Shown here: piece after piece, positions 7,621-16,314 of the stretch | How the letters are laid out: every line of letters begins with the position of its first letter | Position numbering within the stretch: the first letter of the stretch is position 1 | Source: an uncultured Gemmatimonadales bacterium | GTDB lineage: Bacteria > Gemmatimonadota > Gemmatimonadetes > Gemmatimonadales > GWC2-71-9 | DNA length: 21,968 nt | Direction of reading: 5' to 3' | Assembly (NCBI GenBank): GCA_963825055.1 | Contig: CAWGSK010000035.1 | Coordinates: forward strand, 1-21,968 | Notes under the pieces: model-generated | What the model saw: only the letters and a program-made list of their open reading frames with translations | Databases searched by the model: none | Told to the model about the DNA's origin: nothing | Position numbers and translations under genes: made by a program

Positions 7621-9896
7621 ATGGCTCACGTCTCCCACCGACTTTCCAACGCCTTCCAGGGTGCCCTTGCCGGCGGCGGTGATCCGGCCACCTCTCCCCT
7701 CTACGTCTTCGGGCCTTTCCTCAAGCTGATCGTGATCGCCGGCGTCGCCGAGGTGACGTTCGGGGCCAGCATCTGGCTGGTGGTGTTCACGGTGGTGATG
7801 GTCTCGGCGATGTACCGGCTGGTGATGCGCTGGGTGGTGGACGGGAGCGGCGGGAGCGGGCTGACCGAGGAGGAGTTCGGGTCCTGGGCGGTGAAGGTGA
7901 ACGCGGGCATCACGTTCGTCGAGTATACGCTGACGTTCCTGGTCAGCATCGCGGCGCTGGTGACGTTCATGGCCGACCGGCTCCCGGCGCTCAACGGGGC
8001 CGTGGCAGGGCTGCCGCTCCGGACGCTGGTCGCGGTCCTGATCAGCATCGGCATCGGCGCGCTGGTGAACCGGGGGCCCAAGACCGCCGCCCGCGCATTC
8101 GGACCAGCCACCCTGGGGGTCCTCCTGCTGCTCTGGACCATGATCGTCGCCACGATCTGGCAGCGCGGATTCCACCTGCCGACCATCAATCTGCGCGCCT
8201 TCACCCCGGACTACTTCCACTTCACGCTGGGTGGCTTCGCTCGGATCCTGGCGCTGATGACCGGCATCGAGATCTTCGCCAACCTCGTGGCGGCCTACGA
8301 GGGCACCAACGCGGAGCGGAGCCGGAAGGCGTTCGGGAGCCTGATCATCATCATGGGCACCACGTGCCTCACCATGCTCATCGTCGGCCCGGCGATTCTC
8401 GCGGAGGCGAACCTGAGCGACACGCACGTGTCCGTCTTCACTCAGACGATGGACCACCTGCTGCCGACGCCGCTGCCCTGGATCGGGACGATGATCGGTG
8501 TGCTGGTCCTCGCGTCCGCCGCCGCCGCGAGCGCCCAGGGCATCCAGAACCTGGCCCTGGGGCTCCGCTACCGGCACTACATCCCGGCATGGCTCGGCCT
8601 CCGGAACGACTTCGACGTGGCGGACAAGCCGGTCTGGGTCGAGGTGGCCATCGTCGCCCTCTGCTTCCTCGCATTCGGCACCCACGAGGAGACCTACCTC
8701 GCGATCTACGCGGCCGGGGTGTTCATCCTCCTCAGCATGACCGGGTGGGCCGCGGCCAAACGGCTGCTGCGGAACCTGAAGGCGGAGTTCTCCGGCGGCG
8801 CGGCCGCCACGCTGGGAGGCACGATCATCGCGGCCCTGCTGACGACCGCGGCCACGGTGATCATTTTCGAGGAGCGCTTCTTCGAGGGTGCGTGGACCTA
8901 CCTGCTCTTCATTCCCGTCCTGTACCTCGTCTTCAGCCGGTTCCGCTACCAGTTGGGCACGCCCCGGCCGCTCGACGAGCACCTCGGACGGTTCTTCGCG
9001 GGCCAGTACCTGTTGCCCTTCCAGCGCAACGACATGCCCGAAGACGATTTCGGGATCGAGCGGATCATGGTGCCGCTCGACGGGTCCGCCCTCGCCGAGC
9101 ATGCGATCCGGGTGGCCGAAACCCTGGCCCGGAGAACCTCGGGCCGGATTGATCTGATGTCCGTGAGCGCGGAGCGCCGGGACGGTACGGGGAGGCGGTC
9201 GAGCAGAAGTCCGCCACCGAGGCCTATCTCAACCGGATGGCGGAAACACTCCGGCAGCGCGGCCTCAACGTCGGGATCAGTCTCCGGAGCGGCTCCATCC
9301 CGGAGGAGATCGGCCGCCACGGGATCGAGAGCCATGCCGACATGATCGTGATGGCGACGCATGGGCGCTCGCGGGTGGACAAGATCCTCGGCCGCAACAT
9401 TGCGACCGCCGTCGTCCGGGAAACGGAACTGCCGGTCCTGCTGATCCGGCCCACTGACGCGTGGACCAGCCGTCACACGGCATTCAAGCGGCTGGTCGTC
9501 AGCCTGGACGGCTCGGTGGATTCGGAGGAAGCCCTCCCGTCTGCGCGGATCATCGCCCGGCTGTTCGACAGCAGCGTCGTGCTGCTGACCGTGCCGGAGA
9601 CCGAGGCGGAGGTCCCCCGGCTTCAGCATTACCTCGAGTCGGTTGCGGCGGCCCTTCAGGAGGTCGGGATCGACACGGAGACCCGGGTGATGGGCTCGGG
9701 GGCGAGCCGGACCATCACCAGTGTCGCCGAGGCGGAGGATTGCGACCTGATCATCATGGCGACCCGGGGGCGAGGTGCCCCCGAGGAGATTGACGTGGAG
9801 GTTGGCAGCGTCACGGAGCGGGTGGTGCTCTCGGCGCACTGCCCGGTGCTCGCCATTACGGTGGTGGGGATCGCGAAGGGAACGCGGAAGGCGTGA
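7621..9896 (+). CDS. APC-superfamily (KUP/KimA-like) transporter fused to two universal stress protein domains; apparent frameshift at 9189-9192
   Basis: About 12 TM segments with GDPATSPLY, FVEYTLTFLVS and MTGIEIFAN. USP1 begins IERIMVPLDGS and continues in the shifted frame (...DMIVMATHGRS...ELPVLLIR). USP2 runs FKRLVVSLDGS...DLIIMATRGRG...GSVTERVV. Confidence 0.85.
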
Positions 9897-10089
9897 ACAG
9901 GGCGGACGTTAACAAGGCGGTCAAGACGGACAAGACGGTCAGGACGGACGCTAACTTCTGGACCGCCCTGATCGCCCTGACCGCCCTGACCGCCCTGACC
10001 GCCCTGACCGCCCTGACCGCCCTGACCGCCTGACCGCCTGACCGCCTGACCGCCCGACCGCCTGACCGTCCGACCGCCTGACCGCCTGC
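9897..10089 (+). repeat. Core-hairpin element copy B: purine-rich arm, core GGACGCTAACTTCTGGACC, 7 nonamers (GACCGCCCT-type) then 8 octamers (GACCGCCT-type)
   Basis: Nonamers span 9961-10023 and octamers 10024-10087. Confidence 0.92.
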
Positions 10090-10200
10090 TTTTCCCCGCC
10101 CTGTTCTTTCCCTGTACCTGACCATTACTTACCCGTGCTTGCGGACCTCCCGGACCGTGCGGCGCCATACCCACATATCCCACTCATGGATGGAGGAACG

Positions 10201-10994
10201 ATGGATCGCAGGATTTGCGCCGTCGGCCTCGTCGCGATTGCCATCGTGGCGACGGCCTGTGCCAGGAAGGAAGTACCGATCGTTGAGGTGCAGGGGGAAT
10301 GCGCGGACGCCTATGGAAGCCAGGTCTGCACCTGGGCCCGGACGCAGGGCGACTCGGTCCTTGACGCCGGAGCAACCGTCCCGCTCGCCGCCATCGAGAA
10401 CGCGCCGGCGGAGGAGGGGAAATGGCCTGGCCCCCCAAGACCCTAGCCGAGCTGGCCCTTCCCGCCTCGGTTGGCGACCGGACAGGGCTCCGGCAGCTGA
10501 CGATGTACTGGGAGCCGACCGGCCACCCGCCAGGGCCGTACCTCACGCCGCACTTCGACTTCCATTTCTATGGCATTTCGAATGATGAGCGCATGGCGAT
10601 CGACTGCTCCAACCGTTCGAAGCCCGCTTCCCTCGCGGCCGGCTACGACATGATCGACATGCCCCTGCCACCGCCAGACGCGAAAATGATCGGGACGGAC
10701 ACGCTCGTCGGGCTCTGCGTGCCCGGGATGGGGATGCACTCGCTTCTGGATTCGGAGCTCAAGAGCACCAGCCTGTTCCGCGGCTCCATGGTGCTCGGGT
10801 ATTACGGTGGCAAGCCGATCTTCATCGAGCCGATGGTGACCAAGGCCATGCTGCTCGAGAGGAAGTCGTTCGACCTGCCCATTCCGGACATCCCCGGCAT
10901 GGCCGGCGAGTATCCGCGCAGCTTCCGCGCGGAGTACGACTCGACCGGACAGAGCTACCGGTTCACGTTCTCGGGGTTTGCGAAGGGGGTTTGA
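10201..10994 (+). CDS. Lipoprotein with a DUF5602-like domain; apparent frameshift at about 10416-10422
   Basis: GGAGG Shine-Dalgarno before ATG 10201 and a signal peptide with lipobox VATAC. The second frame carries GHPPGPYLTPHFDFHFY, VPGMGMH and GYYGGKPIFIEPM. One inserted base joins the two ORFs (EEGEMAWPP). Confidence 0.7.
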
Positions 10995-10999
10995 GAGAA

Positions 11000-11138
11000 A
11001 GGGCGGACGGACTACAAGGCGGACGAGACGGACAAGGCGGTCAGGACGGGCATTATCTTCTGGACCGCCTGACCGCCTGACCGCCTGACCGCCTGACCGC
11101 CTGACCGCCTGACCGCCTGACCGCCTGACCGCCTGACC
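11000..11138 (+). repeat. Core-hairpin element copy C: purine-rich arm, core GGGCATTATCTTCTGGACC, 9 perfect GACCGCCT
   Basis: Octamers span 11063-11134, followed by GACC abutting the stop codon of the convergent gene. Confidence 0.92.
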
Positions 11139-11821
11139 TAGCTCTTCGGCGGCGCCAGCGGCTTCAGCAGATCATAGCGCGACACGTGCAGGTTGAGCCC
11201 GGGCCCCACACGGAGTCCGGGCACCACCGCGTACGGCGCCGGGCCCACCTCCACGTTCAGGATCTGCTTCCCGTTCACCGCGAAGGTGACGCGCTCGTTC
11301 ACGTATTCCATCCGCAGCACGTACTTGATGATGTCCTTCCCGTTGTGCGGCTTCACGGTCGAGTCGCTCTTCCATTCCGCCAGCATCCGGGTCTCGCCGT
11401 CCATCATGGCCCGGAGGGCTACGGCCCCATCGCGGCGGATCAGGAACTCCATCCGATGGGGATTGTCCGGCGTGGACTCGGCGTGGTCGAACGCGAGCCC
11501 CCAGGGCGCCTCGCCCGGCATCGCCCACTCGCCGTTGACGCGGTTCGGGAACCAGAACGCCTCCACCTCTACGCCGAAGCGGCCATCCACGGTCCGGTCC
11601 TTCGGGAACATGGTGATGCCGCTGGTGGTGGTGGTGACATGCCAGCCGGGGGGCATCCGGACGTAGCGGAACTCATCGGCCCCGACATCCTGGGCGGTGG
11701 CCTGGGTGGCGGGGGCGTCGGTGGTCCAGGTCCAGTCGTCGGGGACCTGGAGGTCCTGGGCGGGCAGGGCAGTGGGGAGCGCCAGCGCGGCACCAAGCAG
11801 CAGGGAGGATCGGGTGTGCAT
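11138..11821 (-). CDS. Secreted hypothetical protein, beta-rich (possibly ConA/lectin-like fold)
   Basis: Signal peptide MHTRSSLLLGAALALPTALPA-Q, GGAG upstream, and alternating beta-strand patterns ending in VTFAVNGKQI...PGLRVGPGLNLHV. The fold is an inference. Confidence 0.7.
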   Translation of the reverse strand: MHTRSSLLLGAALALPTALPAQDLQVPDDWTWTTDAPATQATAQDVGADEFRYVRMPPGWHVTTTTSGITMFPKDRTVDGRFGVEVEAFWFPNRVNGEWAMPGEAPWGLAFDHAESTPDNPHRMEFLIRRDGAVALRAMMDGETRMLAEWKSDSTVKPHNGKDIIKYVLRMEYVNERVTFAVNGKQILNVEVGPAPYAVVPGLRVGPGLNLHVSRYDLLKPLAPPKS

Positions 11822-11917
11822 ATGGGATCTCCGGTGGGAGTCGGCGTTGCCATGGACTCTATTCCATTACACGGAGACCAGCAAACCTTTGACGAGCCTG
11901 CGGCCCCACCCCTGCTT

Positions 11918-12931
11918 CTAGATCTCCGGGATCCGGAACTTCCGCCGGTAGGCGGCCGGCGGGATACCGGCCACGCGTTTGAAGAGCCGGCGAAAGAAGG
12001 CCGGGTCCTCATACCCGACGTTCCAGCTGATCTTCTCGACCGGTTCGTCGGTGCGCTCCAGCTGTCGCTGGGCCTCCCGGACGCGGAGCTGCTGCACGTA
12101 CCTCACGGGAGCCAGTCCCGTGGCCTGTTTGAACCGGCGCTTGAAGCTCCGCTCGGGGAGGTGCGATCGGCGCACGAGCTGCTCGACGGGGCTCGCCACA
12201 GGATAATGCTCCGCCAGCCAGCGCTGGGCCTCCAGCACCTCGGCGTCACCATGTTCCATGTGAGGCTGGAAGACGGCGTAAGGCGCCTGCCCGTCGGCGT
12301 GCCACTGCAGGAGCAGGAACTTCGCGATGGCCTGCGCCGCCGCGGGGCCTACGGTCCGTGCCACCAGATACAGCACCAGGTCGTGCCACGAGGCCGACGC
12401 GCCCGACATCACGAACTGCTCGCGGTCACCGCTCGCAACCAGGACACGCTCGAGCCGCAGGCGGACATCCGGGAAGTTCTGCGTGAAGGTGCGGGCGTAG
12501 GCCCAGTGGACCGTGGCGTCGTGGCCGTCCAGCAGCCCGGTCTCGGCCACCAGCAGCACGCCCGAGCAGGCCGAGCAGAGCAGGGCGCCCCCCTCATGCA
12601 TGGCACCGAGCCAGCCGACCACCTCGGGATAGCGGCCCCGGACCCACTCTCCCCGGTCCACCAGCAGCGAGGGGACAATCACGATGTCCGTGGCAGGTAC
12701 GTCGTCGAAGGTGCGCGTGGGCGCCATCGGAACACCGCTCGCCGTATTGACCGGCGACCGGCCGGCCCCCACGATTTCCACCTGAAACGGCGGCTGGTCG
12801 GGCACGGCATCGTCGAACGTCCCCAGGGTCGTGAAGCAGTTGAGGACGTCAAAGAGGCCGGTGAGGGCCGAAACCATCACCTCGGGGATCAGAACCAGCG
12901 AGACACGGGCGGGAATCACGGACGCGGTCAT
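11918..12931 (-). CDS. GlxA-family transcriptional regulator (DJ-1/PfpI-like domain plus AraC HTH)
   Basis: SACSGVLLVAETGLLDGHDATVHW; C-terminal ERSFKRRFKQATG...VGYEDPAFFRRLFKR. Start at 12931 or 12952. Confidence 0.93.
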   Translation of the reverse strand: MTASVIPARVSLVLIPEVMVSALTGLFDVLNCFTTLGTFDDAVPDQPPFQVEIVGAGRSPVNTASGVPMAPTRTFDDVPATDIVIVPSLLVDRGEWVRGRYPEVVGWLGAMHEGGALLCSACSGVLLVAETGLLDGHDATVHWAYARTFTQNFPDVRLRLERVLVASGDREQFVMSGASASWHDLVLYLVARTVGPAAAQAIAKFLLLQWHADGQAPYAVFQPHMEHGDAEVLEAQRWLAEHYPVASPVEQLVRRSHLPERSFKRRFKQATGLAPVRYVQQLRVREAQRQLERTDEPVEKISWNVGYEDPAFFRRLFKRVAGIPPAAYRRKFRIPEI

Positions 12932-13036
12932 GCCAGGGACCCCCTGTGGCATAAATGAACCGGTATCGGCCAGTCTAGCCTTGGTCATACCCGGCGGCAA
13001 GGCATAACGTGGGGCCAACCTGCAACGGAGGCACCC

Positions 13037-14260
13037 ATGAAGCACATCCTTCTGGCCGGGGCCGGCGTGGCCCTGGCCCTGACGGGCGGCAGCCTCGCCC
13101 TAGGCCACCGCACGGCGACCGACGAGTCGGTCTTCGTGCGTGGGCTGGAGCCCGGCGAACACGAGTCTGTCGTGTACGTGTGGACACGTGACGCCGATGA
13201 GCATGAGCCTGATTTCATCTCCGTGGTAGACGCCGACCCCGGGTCCGCCACGTTCGGGCGAATCGTCGACCGTGCCGAAGCGTCAACGACCGGTAACGAG
13301 GCGCACCACTTCGGCTACACGGCGGATGCGGGCCGCATTTTCGCCGGTGGCCTCTTCTCCAACCAGCTCTTCATCTATGATGTAGCCGCCAATCCGAAGG
13401 CGCCCCGGCTGGTGCGCACGCTGAGCCTGGATCCGACCGGCTACCGTGGCCCGCACACCCTCTACGCCGTGCCCGGCGGGATGCTGATATCGATGCTCGG
13501 CGATGTCGATGGCGGAGGACCCGGCGGCCTGGTCCGGCTGGACAACGACGGCAACTTCCGTGAGGCCCTTCCGGGCCCGGACCACGAGGGCTCGCCGGTC
13601 TACATGTACGACGTGGGCATCAAGCCGGAGATGAACCGGATGATCACTTCCAGCTGGGCGTTCCCCCAGCACATCACCGAAGGTCTCACGCCGCCGGAGC
13701 AGGTGGGCAGCGCCGTCGTGGTCTGGGACTGGAAGGAGAGCAGGGTGCTCCAGGTCGAGAACCTCGACAAGGCGCCGCTCGAGGTCCGGTGGATGCATGG
13801 CCCGAAGGCAACGGGCGGCTTCATCAACTGCGCCTACGGCAACTCGCTCTGGTACTGGGAAGACGGGGATCGCGACGGGACGCTCGAATTTCATCGCGTG
13901 GTGCAGTTCCCCGACGGTTCGCTCCCGGCCGACCTGCGCATCTCGTACGACAACCGGTACCTCTACGTCTCGCAGTTCGGGGGAAGCAGGGTGGAGCAGT
14001 ACGACATCCAGAATCCCCGCGCCCCGAGGCTCCTGAGCACGCTGGAGCTCCCGCATCCCAACATGATGAAGCTTTCGCCTGACAGCCGGCGGCTTTACGT
14101 GACCAACTCGCTCCTCTCGCCGCTGGATCCGGATGAGCAGTTCGAGATGCGGCTGATCAATGTGGATCCCGACGGAATGCGTCTTGACCCGAAGTTCCGG
14201 CCGGACTTCGTGAACCTTCCGACCGGCCCGGCGGGCCCGCACGATATGCTGCTGAAGTAG
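13037..14260 (+). CDS. Secreted SBP56 (selenium-binding protein / methanethiol oxidase-like) beta-propeller protein
   Basis: Signal peptide and GGAGG Shine-Dalgarno. Motifs: DFISVVDADPGSATFG, GNEAHHFG, GPHT, PLEVRW, DLRISYDNRYLYVS, PNMMKLSPDSRRLYVTNSL and PHDM. Confidence 0.88.
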   Translation: MKHILLAGAGVALALTGGSLALGHRTATDESVFVRGLEPGEHESVVYVWTRDADEHEPDFISVVDADPGSATFGRIVDRAEASTTGNEAHHFGYTADAGRIFAGGLFSNQLFIYDVAANPKAPRLVRTLSLDPTGYRGPHTLYAVPGGMLISMLGDVDGGGPGGLVRLDNDGNFREALPGPDHEGSPVYMYDVGIKPEMNRMITSSWAFPQHITEGLTPPEQVGSAVVVWDWKESRVLQVENLDKAPLEVRWMHGPKATGGFINCAYGNSLWYWEDGDRDGTLEFHRVVQFPDGSLPADLRISYDNRYLYVSQFGGSRVEQYDIQNPRAPRLLSTLELPHPNMMKLSPDSRRLYVTNSLLSPLDPDEQFEMRLINVDPDGMRLDPKFRPDFVNLPTGPAGPHDMLLK

Positions 14261-14271
14261 GGGGTCAATTT

Positions 14272-14315
14272 GAGGAAAAACAATTGCCATCCCGGGTCCG
14301 CCCGGGATGGCAATT
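14272..14315 (-). terminator. Intrinsic terminator: perfect 15-bp stem AATTGCCATCCCGGG-tccg-CCCGGGATGGCAATT with a minus-strand T tract; possibly bidirectional
   Basis: Stem at 14282-14315 between convergent genes; the minus strand continues GTTTTTCC. Confidence 0.8.
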
Positions 14316-14320
14316 CCCTC

Positions 14321-14368
14321 CACTCAACGACTCAACGACTCAACCACTCAACCACGCCCCTACTCAAC
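14321..14368. repeat. Octamer array (SACTCAAC)n, same family as 3031-3120, overlapping a stop codon
   Basis: cactcaac gactcaac gactcaac cactcaac ... tactcaac. Confidence 0.85.
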
Positions 14369-16314
14369 GCCCATCCCTCTCCCTCCCACATCCACCTTCA
14401 CCATCTCATGCCTCGACACGGCCCGGCGGAACACGACCTTCTTCCCGTCCGGCGTCCACTCGGCGCCTTGCTCGCCCTCGGGCGTGTTCGTCAGCACGCG
14501 GCTCGTGCCATCCTTCAGGTTCAGCACGCCAAGGTCGGATACGCCCACATTGGTATAGAAGAGGATGGCGTTGCCGTCGGGCGACCACGCCCCCGGAAAC
14601 TGTCCGGGCTCGAGCAGCGGCCGGCCATTGCCCCTGCCACGAGCGGGGAGCAGCATGGTCGTGTTCTCTCCTCCGGCCAATTCCACCATCTTCGCCAGCG
14701 AATCGCCACCCGGCCGGACGATGGGCGCGGTGAGGGTGTTCGTTCCAGGCAGCAGGGTCTCCAGCCTACCATCGGGCAGCAGTCGGGTGACCGAGAACTG
14801 TCCCGCTTCGCCGCCGAGGGTCAGGGCGTACACCTCGGGACTGTAGGGGGAGGTGGCGAACCCGAGGACGATTCCTTCCGGGCTCATCCGGACTGGATCG
14901 CCGCCGTCGGCGGAGACGCGATAGAGCGCGCCAAGCTGGGCATCACGATTCGAGGTGAAGTAGATCGAGTTCCCGTCCGACGACCACTGTGCTTCTCTCT
15001 CCTCGGTGGGCCAGTTCACCAGCGCGCGCGCCTGCCCCGAGGCGACATCCAGCATCCAGACATCCAGGCTTCCGCCGCGGTCCGACGTGAACACGATGTG
15101 CTTCCCGTCGGGGGACCACCTCGGCTCGGTATTGGCGCCACCGGTGAGGATCGCCCGGGCGTTGGAGCCGTCGCGTCCCATCAGCCAGATGTCGTTGTTT
15201 CCACCCCCGTGGAGCGCCAGGTACACGATCTGCGCGTCATCGGGAGAGACGTTGAACCAGCCGGTGCGGATCGAGTCGGGGGTGAGCCGCTGCTCCGTGC
15301 CGTCCCCGACGGAGAGGCTCCAGATCCCGGCCTGTTCCACCGTTTTTTCGAACGCGAGTTCGGTGGTGCCTGGTCGCCAGACGGGATTGGTCTCCTCCTC
15401 CGGGGTGTCGGTAACGCGGCCGGCTCACCTCCCGCGGAGGGCACGACCCAGACGTCGGTCTGCTTGCCGCGGTCGGAAATGAAGGCGACGGACCGGCCGT
15501 CAGGCGACCAGACGGGCTCCCGGTCATTGCGCACGTCACGGGTGAGCTGGCGCGGGGTGTCACCGTTCACGGGTGCGGCCCAGATATCGTCCGTGCCCGT
15601 CCGCCGGCTCGTGTACAGGATCTCCGAGCCGTCGGGAGACCACGGCTGTTCGGCCATGTGCTCGAAACCCTCGGTGGTCAACTGCTTCGGCGTACCGGCA
15701 CTGTCCGTAACCCAGATAGTGCGCTGTCCTCCCTCGAACCGGTTCCAGGCCACGCGGGAACCGTCCGGGGACGGAACTGCCCAGTGGGGGCTGGATTCCG
15801 AGGGTACCATGCGGACCGGCCCGCGGTCGGCCATCGAGTACTGCCAGGCGAACAGCTCGCCGCCCGCGCGGCTCGAGAAGTACTGGAAATCCTCTCCGAC
15901 CCATGACGAGGGGAACTCGAGCCCAGCCAGGCTGGTCCGCCGGATCGCGGGACCGCTGTCGGCGGGCACCGTCCAGAGATCAAGGAAGCTGATCGTATCG
16001 GAGCCGAAGAGGATCATGCCGCCGTCCGGCGACCAGAACAAGGGACCGGCACTGACTTTGGCGCTCGCTCGCTTCCCGGCCGAGCCGAGGTCGGCATCGC
16101 CCACCATCAGGTCCCAGCCGGCATCGCTCTGCTGCCACCACGCCGTGCGGCTCCCGTCGGGGGAGTATGCCAGGAACTGGTCATTGTGATCGTCGGTCGT
16201 CAGGACCTGCAGTTCCGGGCCGGCGCCGTTGCGGTCGCGGCAGCCGGGCAGGAAAGCCAGGGCGCCGAGCAGACAGAGGACAGTCGGTCGCAGCAGGGAA
16301 ATCTTCCGCATCAT
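14360..16314 (-). CDS. Lipoprotein with many PD40/TolB-type beta-propeller repeats; apparent frameshift at about 15418-15420
   Basis: Signal peptide with lipobox LPGC and more than 10 WSPDG-type repeats across two ORFs. One inserted C joins them (GGEPARVTDTPEEETNPVWRPGTTELAFEKTVEQAGIWSL). ATG overlaps the kinase stop (ATGA). Confidence 0.85.

Noticed and set aside
13037..14260. Firm mtoX (methanethiol oxidase) call
   Set aside because: The family is clear, but a conserved C-terminal Trp appears to be replaced and maturation genes are not adjacent, so function is left open.
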